Of a stretch of 53,480 nucleotides of DNA, positions 28,550 to 37,640 are shown in pieces. The stretch is from an uncultured candidatus Brocadiaceae bacterium (GTDB taxonomy: Bacteria; Planctomycetota; Brocadiia; SM23-32), in contig CAYVBE010000005.1 in NCBI GenBank assembly GCA_964448935.1, forward strand, positions 1 to 53,480. The letters run 5' to 3'. The notes under the pieces were generated by a model. The model was not told the DNA's origin. It saw nothing but the letters and a program-made list of their open reading frames with translations, and did no database searches. How positions within the stretch are numbered: position 1 is the first letter of the stretch; each line of letters opens with the position of its first letter. The position numbers were made by a program, and so were the translations under genes.

Positions 28550-29674
28550 ATGAAGAACCGTACAGCCGTGTTGATGGTAGCTGTCGTAACACTGTTCTGC
28601 CTGGCCGGCGGACTCGCGCTGGCACAGGACGATCCGCCCCGGCGGCGCCGGGAGCAGGTCGAGCGTGAGATACCCGATGCGATGCTTGGGCGGCTTCTCG
28701 CCAGCGGCACCGTGGATGTGGAGGTGGTCAGAACGGACGACGGGGTTAAACTCACCCTGACCTCCGAGAGGCCCGCCGTCGTGGAAGCCCTGCAGGACCA
28801 CGCGCGGCGCTGGCAGCGTGCCCGTCGTGAACGGCGCCCCGAAGCCGAAGAGGCGGAAAGGCGGGAGAGGGGCCGCCGGTGGCGCGAAGAGCGCCGCGAA
28901 GACCGGCCGGAAGGCATCGAGGAACGCCTGCGAGACAGAAGGCGCCAGATGCTTCGGGAGCACCGTCCCGAGGCCGAAGAGGGCGAAGGACGGGAGATAC
29001 CGCGCCGGCGGCTCGAACAGCGCGGCGAGCGCAGGCCGGAAGAAGGCCGCGAAGAGTTGCTGCGCGACAGACGCCGCCGGATGCTCCGGGAGCGCCGTCC
29101 CGAGGCCGGCGAGATGCCCGGTCCGCGCGAGCGCGAGCAAGGACACATGCGCCGCGGACCCGAAGCCCGGCACCCGGAGGCCGCCCCGCGGGGCGATGAA
29201 CTCCGGCAGCAGATGAGGCGCAGGTTGCTGCAGCGTTACCTGCAGAGCCGACGTGGCGCAGACCAGGACGCCCCGCGTATGATGCCGCAACAGCGCGGGC
29301 GCGGGCGCGGCCGCCGTCCCATGCTGCGCGAACGCCGGCCCGGACCGCGGGCCGAAGGGGCACTGCCCCGCTACGAACGCCGCCCCGGCATGCGCGGCGG
29401 AGGGCCATGGCAGCGCGAAGGACATAGGTTCGCGCCGCAGTGGCCCGGTGCAGGGCGTTGGGGAGAGCCGCAGGGCCGGTGGATGCATCCCGGCCTTCGC
29501 GGGCGCGGCCTTGCCCCGCGGGGTATGCCCTTCCGGGGACGCGGCCGTTTCGGCCCGCCCCCCTGGGCTGATACGGGTATGCGGCCCGGCTACCGGGAGT
29601 GCCCGGGGTATGAGGAATGCCCCTACGACGAGCTGCCCCGCGGACCGCACCATCGTGGACGCAGGGGCCGCTGA
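28550..29674 (+). CDS. Secreted low-complexity Arg/Glu/Gly-rich repeat protein
   Basis: Signal peptide ending ALA-Q, SD GGAGG, small folded-looking segment (VDVEVVRTDDGVKLTLTSERPAVVEALQDHA), ~44-aa repeats, RG-rich tail. Confidence 0.75.
   Translation: MKNRTAVLMVAVVTLFCLAGGLALAQDDPPRRRREQVEREIPDAMLGRLLASGTVDVEVVRTDDGVKLTLTSERPAVVEALQDHARRWQRARRERRPEAEEAERRERGRRWREERREDRPEGIEERLRDRRRQMLREHRPEAEEGEGREIPRRRLEQRGERRPEEGREELLRDRRRRMLRERRPEAGEMPGPREREQGHMRRGPEARHPEAAPRGDELRQQMRRRLLQRYLQSRRGADQDAPRMMPQQRGRGRGRRPMLRERRPGPRAEGALPRYERRPGMRGGGPWQREGHRFAPQWPGAGRWGEPQGRWMHPGLRGRGLAPRGMPFRGRGRFGPPPWADTGMRPGYRECPGYEECPYDELPRGPHHRGRRGR
28826..29113 (+). repeat. Intragenic degenerate tandem repeat of 129/132 bp (two copies plus a partial third)
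   Basis: RERRPEAEEAERRERGRRWREERREDRPEG-IEERLRDRRRQML / REHRPEAEEGEGREIPRRRLEQRGERRPEEGREELLRDRRRRML / RERRPEAGE, with units starting at 28826, 28955 and 29087. Confidence 0.85.
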
Positions 29675-29718
29675 GTGAAGCGCCCTCGACTACCGATCGA
29701 GGAGCAGCAGGGATTGAG

Positions 29719-29753
29719 ACGGCGGGGACGCGCCGGAAAGGCATCCCCGCCGT
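29719..29753. terminator. Hairpin between convergent genes (probable bidirectional terminator)
   Basis: ACGGCGGGGA ... TCCCCGCCGT inverted repeat; no strong U-tract. Confidence 0.55.
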
Positions 29754-29755
29754 TC

Positions 29756-31519
29756 TCAGTCAAGGTCCAGGGATAATCCAAGCTCCCGCAGCACCGCCTC
29801 GTCCACCTCGCCCGGCGCGCCGGTGAGCAGGGAGACCGCGCGCTGGGTCTTCGGGAAGGCGATCGTCTCCCGCAGGTCCTCAATGCCCAGCAGCACCATG
29901 ACCGTGCGATCAAAGCCGAACGCAATTCCGCCGTGCGGAGGCGGCCCGTAACGCAGCGCCTGCATCAGGAAGCCGAACCGATCCTCGACCTCCTCCTCGG
30001 TGTAGCCCAGTATGCGCAGCATACGCATCTGCAGGTCATAGCTGGAGATACGGATGCTCCCCCCGCCTATTTCCTGCCCGTTCATCACGATGTCGTAGCT
30101 CCGCGTGCGCACGGACATCGGATCGCTCTCCAGCTTCTCGACGTCCTCCTCGTAGGGCGCGGTGAACGGGTGATGGACGAAGGTCGGCTCGCCGGTGCGC
30201 TCGTCCCGCTCGAATGCCGGCGCCTGGACGACCCAGCACAGGGCGTCCCTGCCCGGCGGTATCAGGTCCAGCTCCCGCCCCAGGCGCAGCCGCAGGTGGC
30301 TGAGCACCAGGTTGCAGACCCCTCGGCGGTCGGCGACAAAGAACAGGATGGCCCCGTCCTCGGCGCGGAAACGCTCCCGGATAGCCTCTATCTCGCCCTC
30401 GCTGAAGAACTTGGCGATTCCGCCCCCGGCCTGGCCCTCCCGCACCTTGAACCAGGCCAGGCCGCCGGCGCCCAGTTCCCGGCTCCAGTCCACCAGGCCG
30501 TCCACCCGGCTGCGCGGCATATCGGCGCCGCCCGGCACGCAGATGCCGCGCACCTGCCCGCCGTCGGCAACCGCGCCGCTGAACACGCGGAATTCGCACC
30601 CGGCGGCGATGTCGGAGATGTCCCCTATCTCCAGCCCGAACCGCAGGTCCGGGGCGTCCGTTCCGTAGCGCTCGAGGGCGTCGTGGTAGCTGATTCTGGG
30701 CAGCGGCAGATCCAGCGACCGGTCCGGCAGAAGCCCGAAGAAACGCGCCATTATGCCCTCGCTGACCTCCATGACGTCGGTCTCGTCAACGAAGGACATC
30801 TCCAGGTCAATCTGCGTGAACTCGGGCTGGCGGTTGGCCCTCAGGTCCTCGTCGCGGAAGCACTTGACGATCTGGAAGTAGCGGTCGAGCCCGCCCACCA
30901 TCAGGAGTTGCTTGAAGAGTTGCGGGCTCTGCGGCAGTGCGTAGAACTTGCCCGGGTTCACGCGGCTGGGCACCAGGTAGTCCCGCGCCCCCTCGGGCGT
31001 GCTCTTGGTCAGGAACGGCGTCTCCACCTCGATGAAGCCGCTCTCGTCGAGGTATCGCCGGGCGGTCTGCATCAGGCGATGGCGGAACTCCAGGTTGCCC
31101 TGCATCCGCCGGCTGCGCAGGTCCAGGAAGCGGTTGCGCAGGCGCACCTCCATGGACACCTCCTCCGCCGAATCCACCTCGAACGGAGGGGTCGCGCTCT
31201 CGCTGTGCAGTTCCATCTCCCGCACCACCACCTCGACCTGCCCGGTGGGGATGTCGGGGTTCTCCATCTCTGGCGGCCGCTTCTCCACGCTGCCGCGGAC
31301 GCTGATGCAGTATTCGTTGCGCAGCTCGCGGCCCTGCGCGTGCAACGCCTCGTCCACCTCCGGGCGGAAGACGATCTGCGTGATGCCCGTGCGGTCGCGC
31401 AGGTCAATGAAGACCAGCCCGCCGTGGTCGCGCCAGTTGGCCACCCATCCGCTCACAACCGCCTCGGATCCGATATCCTCTACCCGTAGCTCGCCGCACC
31501 TGTGTGTTCGCTTCAGCAT
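29756..31519 (-). CDS. aspS: Aspartate--tRNA ligase
   Basis: RTH.CGEL, RDHGGL.FIDLRD, STPEGARDYLVPSR, ALPQSPQLFKQLLM, FRDEDLR..RQPEFTQ, GAD insert, PPHGGIAFG.DR. Confidence 0.98.
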   Translation of the reverse strand: MLKRTHRCGELRVEDIGSEAVVSGWVANWRDHGGLVFIDLRDRTGITQIVFRPEVDEALHAQGRELRNEYCISVRGSVEKRPPEMENPDIPTGQVEVVVREMELHSESATPPFEVDSAEEVSMEVRLRNRFLDLRSRRMQGNLEFRHRLMQTARRYLDESGFIEVETPFLTKSTPEGARDYLVPSRVNPGKFYALPQSPQLFKQLLMVGGLDRYFQIVKCFRDEDLRANRQPEFTQIDLEMSFVDETDVMEVSEGIMARFFGLLPDRSLDLPLPRISYHDALERYGTDAPDLRFGLEIGDISDIAAGCEFRVFSGAVADGGQVRGICVPGGADMPRSRVDGLVDWSRELGAGGLAWFKVREGQAGGGIAKFFSEGEIEAIRERFRAEDGAILFFVADRRGVCNLVLSHLRLRLGRELDLIPPGRDALCWVVQAPAFERDERTGEPTFVHHPFTAPYEEDVEKLESDPMSVRTRSYDIVMNGQEIGGGSIRISSYDLQMRMLRILGYTEEEVEDRFGFLMQALRYGPPPHGGIAFGFDRTVMVLLGIEDLRETIAFPKTQRAVSLLTGAPGEVDEAVLRELGLSLDLD

Positions 31520-31558
31520 GTCGCCTCTGAATCCTGGTTCGTGCTCGGTCACTCCCCG

Positions 31559-32842
31559 TTACTCGCCGTCCGCAAGGCACTTCTTGACTTCGGCCGCGGC
31601 GTCCTCCCACGGCGCGTTCCACTGATTTCCCTCGGCCATATCCTTGATCAGCACCTGGTCCTGCTCCAGCTCGCGGCCACCGATCAGGAAGCAGAGCTTC
31701 GCCCCCAGCCGGTCCGCGGTGCGCATCTGGGACTTCGCGCTACGGTCCTCGTAGTCCATCTCCGCACCGATTCCGGCACCGCGAAGCCGCTGCACGAGGT
31801 CGAAACACGGCGCCCGCGCCTCGTCGTCGAAGCAGACCACATACACGTCCGGCCGCGGCGATGCGTCCCCGGCGGGTCCCAACTCGCTCTCCATGGCCAG
31901 AATCGTCGCCTCTGCGCCTATCGCGAATCCCACGCACGGCAACGACGGCCCGCCCAGCAGCTCCACCAGGTTGTCGTAGCGCCCGCCGCCGCAGATGGCG
32001 TTGCGCGCGCCCAGGCCGGGGTGGATGAACTCGTAGACCGTGCGGGTGTAGTAGTCCAGCCCCCGCACCAGCTTCGGGTCCTCGGTGAATTCCAGCCCGT
32101 TCGACCGCAGCGCGCCCTTCACCGCGTCGTAGTGCTTCGCGCAGTCGTCGTCCAAAAACTCGGTCACCGGCGGCAGCTCCGCGGTGATGGCGCTGCACTG
32201 CTCGTTCTTGCAGTCCAGGACTCGGAACACGTTCCTGTCCAGCCGGCGCCGGCAGTCCTCGCACAGTTCCTCCACCCGGTCTCCCAGCATCTCCCGCACC
32301 TGTCGCCGGTAGTCCGCCCGGCATTCCTCGCATCCGATGGAGTTAACGACCACCTCGTATCCGGCGAGGCCGATCTCGCGGAAGACCGCGTCGGCCAGCA
32401 GGATGGTCTCGGCATCCAGCAGCGGGCTGCCGCTGCCGATGGCCTCGACGCCCGCGTGGTGGAACTGGCGCAGCCGGGCCTTCTGCGGCTTCTCGTGCCG
32501 GAACATGGGACCGATGTAGTAGAACTTCTGGAAAGTCACCTGCTTGTGCAGGCTGTGCTCCAGGTAGCTGCGGGCCACGCCGGGCGTGCCTTCCGGCCGC
32601 AGGGCTACGCTCTCGCCCTCCCCTGCGGGGATGGTGTACATCTCCTTCTCCACCACGTCCGTGGTCTCGCCGGTACCCTTGATGAACAGCCGGGCGTCCT
32701 CCAGCACGGGGGTGCGGAGCTGACCGTAGCCGGCCCGCTCGAACAGCCGGCTCGCGGCTCCGTAGAGCCTGCGCCAGTAGCCCCATTGCTCGGGCAGAAG
32801 GTCTTCCGTTCCCTGTATTGACTGTATCTCGTTACCTGCCAT
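31559..32842 (-). CDS. hisS: Histidine--tRNA ligase
   Basis: GT.D.LP, TDVVEKEMY, LRPEGT, FRHEKPQ..R.RQFH, LVRGLDYYT, GGGRYD.L. ATG 32842. Confidence 0.98.
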   Translation of the reverse strand: MAGNEIQSIQGTEDLLPEQWGYWRRLYGAASRLFERAGYGQLRTPVLEDARLFIKGTGETTDVVEKEMYTIPAGEGESVALRPEGTPGVARSYLEHSLHKQVTFQKFYYIGPMFRHEKPQKARLRQFHHAGVEAIGSGSPLLDAETILLADAVFREIGLAGYEVVVNSIGCEECRADYRRQVREMLGDRVEELCEDCRRRLDRNVFRVLDCKNEQCSAITAELPPVTEFLDDDCAKHYDAVKGALRSNGLEFTEDPKLVRGLDYYTRTVYEFIHPGLGARNAICGGGRYDNLVELLGGPSLPCVGFAIGAEATILAMESELGPAGDASPRPDVYVVCFDDEARAPCFDLVQRLRGAGIGAEMDYEDRSAKSQMRTADRLGAKLCFLIGGRELEQDQVLIKDMAEGNQWNAPWEDAAAEVKKCLADGE

Positions 32843-32932
32843 AGTTGTTGCAATCGGAGAATGCAGTAGATGAAAGCGAACCGTCGGGGAAAGATCGGAC
32901 AGAAGGCACACGCCAACGGCCGGAGATTCTGC

Positions 32933-32970
32933 ATTTTAGCAAAAACCGGACCGATTTCAAACGGTCCGGT
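32933..32970 (-). terminator. Intrinsic terminator of the sulfatase operon, overlapping a candidate hisS promoter
   Basis: Minus strand ACCGGACCG-tttgaaat-CGGTCCGGT-TTTT. The same bases give TTGAAA-N16-TAAAAT with a TGn extension. Confidence 0.7.
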
Positions 32971-33002
32971 CGCTTTGAGAGGGCGGCCTGCCGGGCTGAG
33001 AC

Positions 33003-33758
33003 TCAGAGCAGGCCGACGCTGCGCATATACTCGGCGCAGGCCTCGATGCCGCCGTTCCGGGTGAGATCACCCAGGGCCTTCTGCTCCAGGATCACCCAAT
33101 CGGCGCCTCCGTCCACGGCGGTGGTGACCATCTGCGGGACGTCCAGCACGCCCTCGCCGATGGGGCCCCACTCGCCGCGCTCGTCGGGATCGCCCACGTC
33201 GCGCAGGTGCACCACCGGGCAGAGGCCCTCGTGCTCCTTCAGGAACTCGATCGGGTCCTGCCCCCCGTAGCTCACCCAGCCCAGGTCCAACTGCAGGCGG
33301 AAGTTCTCCGGATCGGTCTCCTCCAGCAAGATGTCCAGCGCGCAGGTGCCGTGGAACTCCGTGGCGATCTCGTGATCGTGGTTGTGGTAGCAGTACTGCA
33401 GCCCGCGCTCGCGGTATGCTGCGCCGGTGGCGTTGTATTCGGCGGCAAGTTCGCGCCATTCCTCCTCGCTCTCGGCCATGCCCCATGCCATGACGACATA
33501 GCGGCAGCCCAGAATATCGCAATACCGGGCGACCTCATCCAGGTTGTCCCGCAGCATCGCGCGCTGGCCCATGAACGTGCAGACCGACAGGCCGGCGGAG
33601 TCTGCAAGTTGCCGGAACTCCTCCGGCCCCGGCGCGTCCTCGAACACACCCATGCCGACCTCCACGCCGGTGTAACCCAACCCGGCGATCCAGGGCAGGA
33701 ACTTCTCCACATCCAGGTTCTTCGCTCCGCGCGCCCGCGCGGCCATTGGCACCTTCAT
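33003..33758 (-). CDS. Sugar phosphate isomerase/epimerase (AP endonuclease 2 TIM barrel, IolE-like)
   Basis: G..GVE, YHNH.HE, QLD.GW, VHLRD, G.G..D, W.ILEQ. Confidence 0.88.
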   Translation of the reverse strand: MKVPMAARARGAKNLDVEKFLPWIAGLGYTGVEVGMGVFEDAPGPEEFRQLADSAGLSVCTFMGQRAMLRDNLDEVARYCDILGCRYVVMAWGMAESEEEWRELAAEYNATGAAYRERGLQYCYHNHDHEIATEFHGTCALDILLEETDPENFRLQLDLGWVSYGGQDPIEFLKEHEGLCPVVHLRDVGDPDERGEWGPIGEGVLDVPQMVTTAVDGGADWVILEQKALGDLTRNGGIEACAEYMRSVGLL

Positions 33759-33805
33759 CGCGACCTCCTTTACAGGGCAATCCTTGTTCAGCAAAATGTG
33801 GCGCT

Positions 33806-34819
33806 TCACGCCTCCGGGCCGATCTCCTTCTCCTGCAGCATGGTCAGCAGCGCCGAGTCACGGGTCTGCAAGGGCAGCCTGATACGCGCCCGGCTGCGGC
33901 TGGACTCGAAGATGGCGAAGATCACTTCCGAGGCCCGCAGGGCCTTCTGGTAGGAAAGCTCGGGCTCGACGCCGCTCTCCAGGCAGTCCAGATTGTCCGC
34001 CACCGCCAGGGCCATGGCATCCACGTCGTCGAACTCGGGCGGGCTCCATTCGGGATCGTCGTAGAGCGCGGCCGGGCCCACGTCGCCCTTCCAGCTCACT
34101 TCCAGGAATCCCTTGGTGCCGATGATCCGCACGCCCGTGGGCTTCTCGGAGTCCTCGCCCACCTCCAGCACTCCGCGCACGCCGTTCTCCCAGCGCACGT
34201 AGCCCAGGGCCACGTGCTCGCGCGGGATGCCGAAGCTCTCCGGCGCCTCGCGCACGTCTATCTGGCCCATCACCCACTGCGCCGGGCACTCGCGGTTGAA
34301 CATAAACGCCTGGTCCAGTGAGTGGGTGCCGCAGTCAAGCAGATTGCGCGGCGAGAACATCTGGATGCGCTTGATCTCGCCGAACATGCCTTCCTCCAGC
34401 CAGCGGCGCACCTGCTGGTTACCGGCCAGGAAGCGGCGCTGGTGGCAGAAGGTGAGCTGCACGTCGTTCTCGCGCGCCAGTTCGGCCATCTCCAGGCACT
34501 CGCCCCAGGTGGGGGCCATCGGCTTCTCGCAGAAAACCGCTCTCACGCCGCCCTCCACGCAGTCCCGCAGGACCGGCAGGTGAAGGCCCGTCCAAAGGCA
34601 GATGCTGGCCATGTCCGGCTGCTCCTGCCGGAGCAGCTCCCGGTGATCGGTGTAAATCTCCGCATCCAGGTCATACTCCTCGGCCAGGTTCTGCGCCGCC
34701 TCCTCGTCCACGTCCGCCAGCGCGGCGACCGTGCAGCGTTCATCCTGCACGTAACCGCGCGCGTGGCGGTGGCCCCGCCTGCCGCAGCCAATGATGGCTA
34801 CCTTGTATTGCTCGCTCAT
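33806..34819 (-). CDS. Gfo/Idh/MocA family oxidoreductase
   Basis: VAIIGCG, CEKPMA, HQRRF, D.G.H..D. ATG 34819 with AGGAAGG SD. Confidence 0.93.
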   Translation of the reverse strand: MSEQYKVAIIGCGRRGHRHARGYVQDERCTVAALADVDEEAAQNLAEEYDLDAEIYTDHRELLRQEQPDMASICLWTGLHLPVLRDCVEGGVRAVFCEKPMAPTWGECLEMAELARENDVQLTFCHQRRFLAGNQQVRRWLEEGMFGEIKRIQMFSPRNLLDCGTHSLDQAFMFNRECPAQWVMGQIDVREAPESFGIPREHVALGYVRWENGVRGVLEVGEDSEKPTGVRIIGTKGFLEVSWKGDVGPAALYDDPEWSPPEFDDVDAMALAVADNLDCLESGVEPELSYQKALRASEVIFAIFESSRSRARIRLPLQTRDSALLTMLQEKEIGPEA

Positions 34820-34848
34820 GGCGTCCTTCCTTCTGAGTGCTTGCACAT

Positions 34849-36339
34849 TCAATCCCGGTCTTCGGTGAGCCACTTCCACCTGTCCAGCCATGCGCGCCCT
34901 CTGAACTCGGCGGCAATCTCCCGGCGGTATTCCAGGTCCTTGCCCTCGCTGTGACCCTCCAGGTAACGCGGCGCGCCGTAGCGGTGCTGCGCGTAAGGGT
35001 CTTCGTGCTGCATCATCAGTTCCCACAGCGCGTCGCGCGTCTCGCGGACGGCCTCGGCGTATTCCGGGTCGTCAATCACATTGTGCAGCTCGCCCGGATC
35101 CTCCTGCAGGTCGTAAAGCTCGTCCTGCGCAAACCCGTTGAAGACGTACTTGTACCGCTGCCCGATGGCAATGCGCTGGGTGTAAAGCAGCTCGCCGCCG
35201 TAGTAGACGTTCAGGATATGGTCGGGCATCTCCGGTTCGACCGCCTCGGGGTCACGCAGGAGCGGGCTGAGGTCCTTGCCGCCGGCGTGCGGCAGCGGCT
35301 CCGCCCCTGCCAGGGAGACGAAGGTGTGCGCCCAGTCGTGCAGATGGACGAGCGCGTCCGTGGAATATCCCGGCTCGATCACGCCCGGCCAGCGGGCGGC
35401 CATGGGGATGCGGTGCGTCTCCTCGTAGGGCATCCAGCCCTTGATGAACATCCGGTGCGCGCCCACCAGGTCCCCGTGGTCGCAGGCCAGAACGACCAGC
35501 GTATCCTCGGCGCGACCGGACTCGTCCAGTGCGTCCAGCACGCGGCCTATCTGCACGTCGAGCTGGGTGCAGTAGGCGTAGTAATGGCGCAGCCCTTCGC
35601 GGAACTCCTCTTCGCTCAGTCCGGTCCATCCCTCGGCCTCGCGGGCCAGCAGCGCCGGTTTGCCCTCGAAGGTCTCCTCGTAGTAGCTGCGGGGCAGCTC
35701 GACTTCCTCCGGCGAATACTGCTCCAGGTATTTCAGAAGCGGCGTGTAGGAATCGTGCGGCTGCGGAAAGTGCACCTCGAACAGCCAGGGCTCCTCGCCC
35801 CCGGTCAGCTCTCGAATGCCTCCGATCGCGGCGTCGGCCAGGCGCTTCTCCGGCAGGTCGTCCTCGGAGCCCTCCACACCCGCCCACATCAGGAACCGGT
35901 CGCCGCCGGGCCAGGTCACGTATTGCGGGTCCACCAGCCGCGGCTCATCGCCCTTTCGTCCCTCGACGTCCAGCTTGCGGTAGCCGAAATCTTCCGGCCC
36001 GCGCACCTGGCTGGCGTGCCACTTGCCGACGTAGGCCCTCTCGTACCCGACATCGCCCAGACGATGGGAATAGGTGATGACGTCCGGGAACATGTCCGGG
36101 TGTGTGGACTCCGGCACGTGCACCTGGTTGAAGACCCCGTTGTGCCAGGGGTAGGCGCCGCTGAGCAGCATGGCGCGCGCCGGACAGCAGAGGCTGATGG
36201 GCGTGTAGCTGCGCTCGAAACTCATCCCCTGCGCGGCAAAGCGCGTCATGCGGGGCGTCTTGCACTCGGAGCGGTTGCAGATGGTATGCCAGTCCAGGTG
36301 GTCGGCGGTGATCAGCAGGATGTTCGGCTTCTCGGCCAC
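34849..36339 (-). CDS. Cys-type formylglycine-dependent sulfatase
   Basis: KPNILLITAD, CCPARAMLLSG (CxPxR), GKWH, PH, DHGD..GAH...KG..PYEE, ELYDL..DPGE..N. Confidence 0.95.
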   Translation of the reverse strand: MAEKPNILLITADHLDWHTICNRSECKTPRMTRFAAQGMSFERSYTPISLCCPARAMLLSGAYPWHNGVFNQVHVPESTHPDMFPDVITYSHRLGDVGYERAYVGKWHASQVRGPEDFGYRKLDVEGRKGDEPRLVDPQYVTWPGGDRFLMWAGVEGSEDDLPEKRLADAAIGGIRELTGGEEPWLFEVHFPQPHDSYTPLLKYLEQYSPEEVELPRSYYEETFEGKPALLAREAEGWTGLSEEEFREGLRHYYAYCTQLDVQIGRVLDALDESGRAEDTLVVLACDHGDLVGAHRMFIKGWMPYEETHRIPMAARWPGVIEPGYSTDALVHLHDWAHTFVSLAGAEPLPHAGGKDLSPLLRDPEAVEPEMPDHILNVYYGGELLYTQRIAIGQRYKYVFNGFAQDELYDLQEDPGELHNVIDDPEYAEAVRETRDALWELMMQHEDPYAQHRYGAPRYLEGHSEGKDLEYRREIAAEFRGRAWLDRWKWLTEDRD

Positions 36340-36380
36340 GGTTTCTCTCCATCAAAGTAGGTGCCTGCCGGACTGCCGGC

Positions 36381-37526
36381 TTACTCGGAAAGCTCTTCGG
36401 GACTCACGCCGGTGTGAGGGTTGTCGTTCACTACATCCCACACGGTCTCCTGAATGGCCTCGATCAACTCCGCGTCGGCCTCGGGGTTGAACTGTTCGTA
36501 GGGCTCGACGGTGAGGCCCACGGGGCTCTCGCCGGTCAGCGTGGCGTAATGGGTCGCGGCGGTGGCGTAGGAGCCGATGGTGCCGGAGTCGCGGCCGTTG
36601 TGCGGCTGGTCGTTCATGTGAACGCCGTCGGCGTAGAAATTCAGCACTCCGGCGGAGCGGACGAACTCGTCTGGATTGAAAGCGGAGACCTTCTTGTTGT
36701 TGCGGCGTGACTTCATGAAATACGCCTGGTTGCGGGCGTAAAACGCCTCGATACCCGGCAGCCGGTCCTCCCGTATCTTCACGTCCAGCGCGGCCAGCAC
36801 GTGTCCGGACGGTATCATGCGCACCGGCACGGGCAGATCGGGGTGTCGCTCGTTCAGGCGGGTGACGAGTTTGTCGAAGAAGTCGGCGCACGCCTGGACC
36901 TCCCCCCTGTATTCGGCACGCCAGTAGCCGGCGTAGGTCTTCTCGCCCTCCTGCTCCAGAATGTCGCCGACGGTGGGCCAGATGGCGTAGATGTAGAAAC
37001 GGTCCGTGGCCACGTTCTCGGTGTTCGGGTGCGCGCGGTACCAGGGGCTGTCGCCGGGCTCGACGTCGCCGCGGGCGTAATCAATGAACTTGCCGGCCGC
37101 CTGGAGGCTGCCCGCGGTGTAGTAGGGCCAGCGCGGGCGAACCTTCTCCGGCTCATCCAGCTCACTCTTGTAGGTCTGCATGATAACGGCGTCGAACTTG
37201 CGGTTCCGGAACGCATGATCCCATTTGCCATACGGAGCCTTGATGTTGTAACTGCCCTCGCCGGGCGCGTTGCCGTGGTTACGCATGCTCAGGTGCTGCT
37301 CCAGCCGGTGGCCTCCCCCGAGCTGCATGCCGTAATCGTACCGGCCGTCAACCGACTTGAAGAGTTCGGCCAACCGTTCCAGTGGTATGCACCGGGTCAG
37401 GCTGTTGCCCAGGTGATAGACCGTCAGGTCCTTGCCCGGAGGCGCGGGGGACTCTGCGGCGGAGGCGCAGCCAACCACAAGGGCCGACATCAAAGTGAAT
37501 GCGGCGATAAGCTTTAGATCAATCAT
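36381..37526 (-). CDS. Secreted SGNH/GDSL-like hydrolase (DUF4886-like)
   Basis: Signal or lipobox-like N-terminus, YHLGNSLT (block I), DAVIMQ, DGVH.N...GSY..A...Y..L.G.SP (block V). Confidence 0.65.
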   Translation of the reverse strand: MIDLKLIAAFTLMSALVVGCASAAESPAPPGKDLTVYHLGNSLTRCIPLERLAELFKSVDGRYDYGMQLGGGHRLEQHLSMRNHGNAPGEGSYNIKAPYGKWDHAFRNRKFDAVIMQTYKSELDEPEKVRPRWPYYTAGSLQAAGKFIDYARGDVEPGDSPWYRAHPNTENVATDRFYIYAIWPTVGDILEQEGEKTYAGYWRAEYRGEVQACADFFDKLVTRLNERHPDLPVPVRMIPSGHVLAALDVKIREDRLPGIEAFYARNQAYFMKSRRNNKKVSAFNPDEFVRSAGVLNFYADGVHMNDQPHNGRDSGTIGSYATAATHYATLTGESPVGLTVEPYEQFNPEADAELIEAIQETVWDVVNDNPHTGVSPEELSE

Positions 37527-37582
37527 GACACACACTCAGCCGAGTGAAGTTGGGAATGGCCCCCAAACAGGATAATAACGAA

Positions 37583-37614
37583 TCGGCCGGGGCGTAGCAA
37601 GATGCCCCGGCCGA
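37583..37614 (-). terminator. Probable terminator after the FAD oxidoreductase
   Basis: TCGGCCGGGGC...GCCCCGGCCGA, followed on the minus strand by TTCGTTATT. Confidence 0.65.
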
Positions 37615-37640
37615 CCCGCATTAGAGCGAAGAAGAGCTAC

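Noticed and set aside
28826-29113. Repeats as a CRISPR array
   Set aside because: In-frame degenerate coding repeats with no identical repeat/unique spacer pattern and no cas genes.
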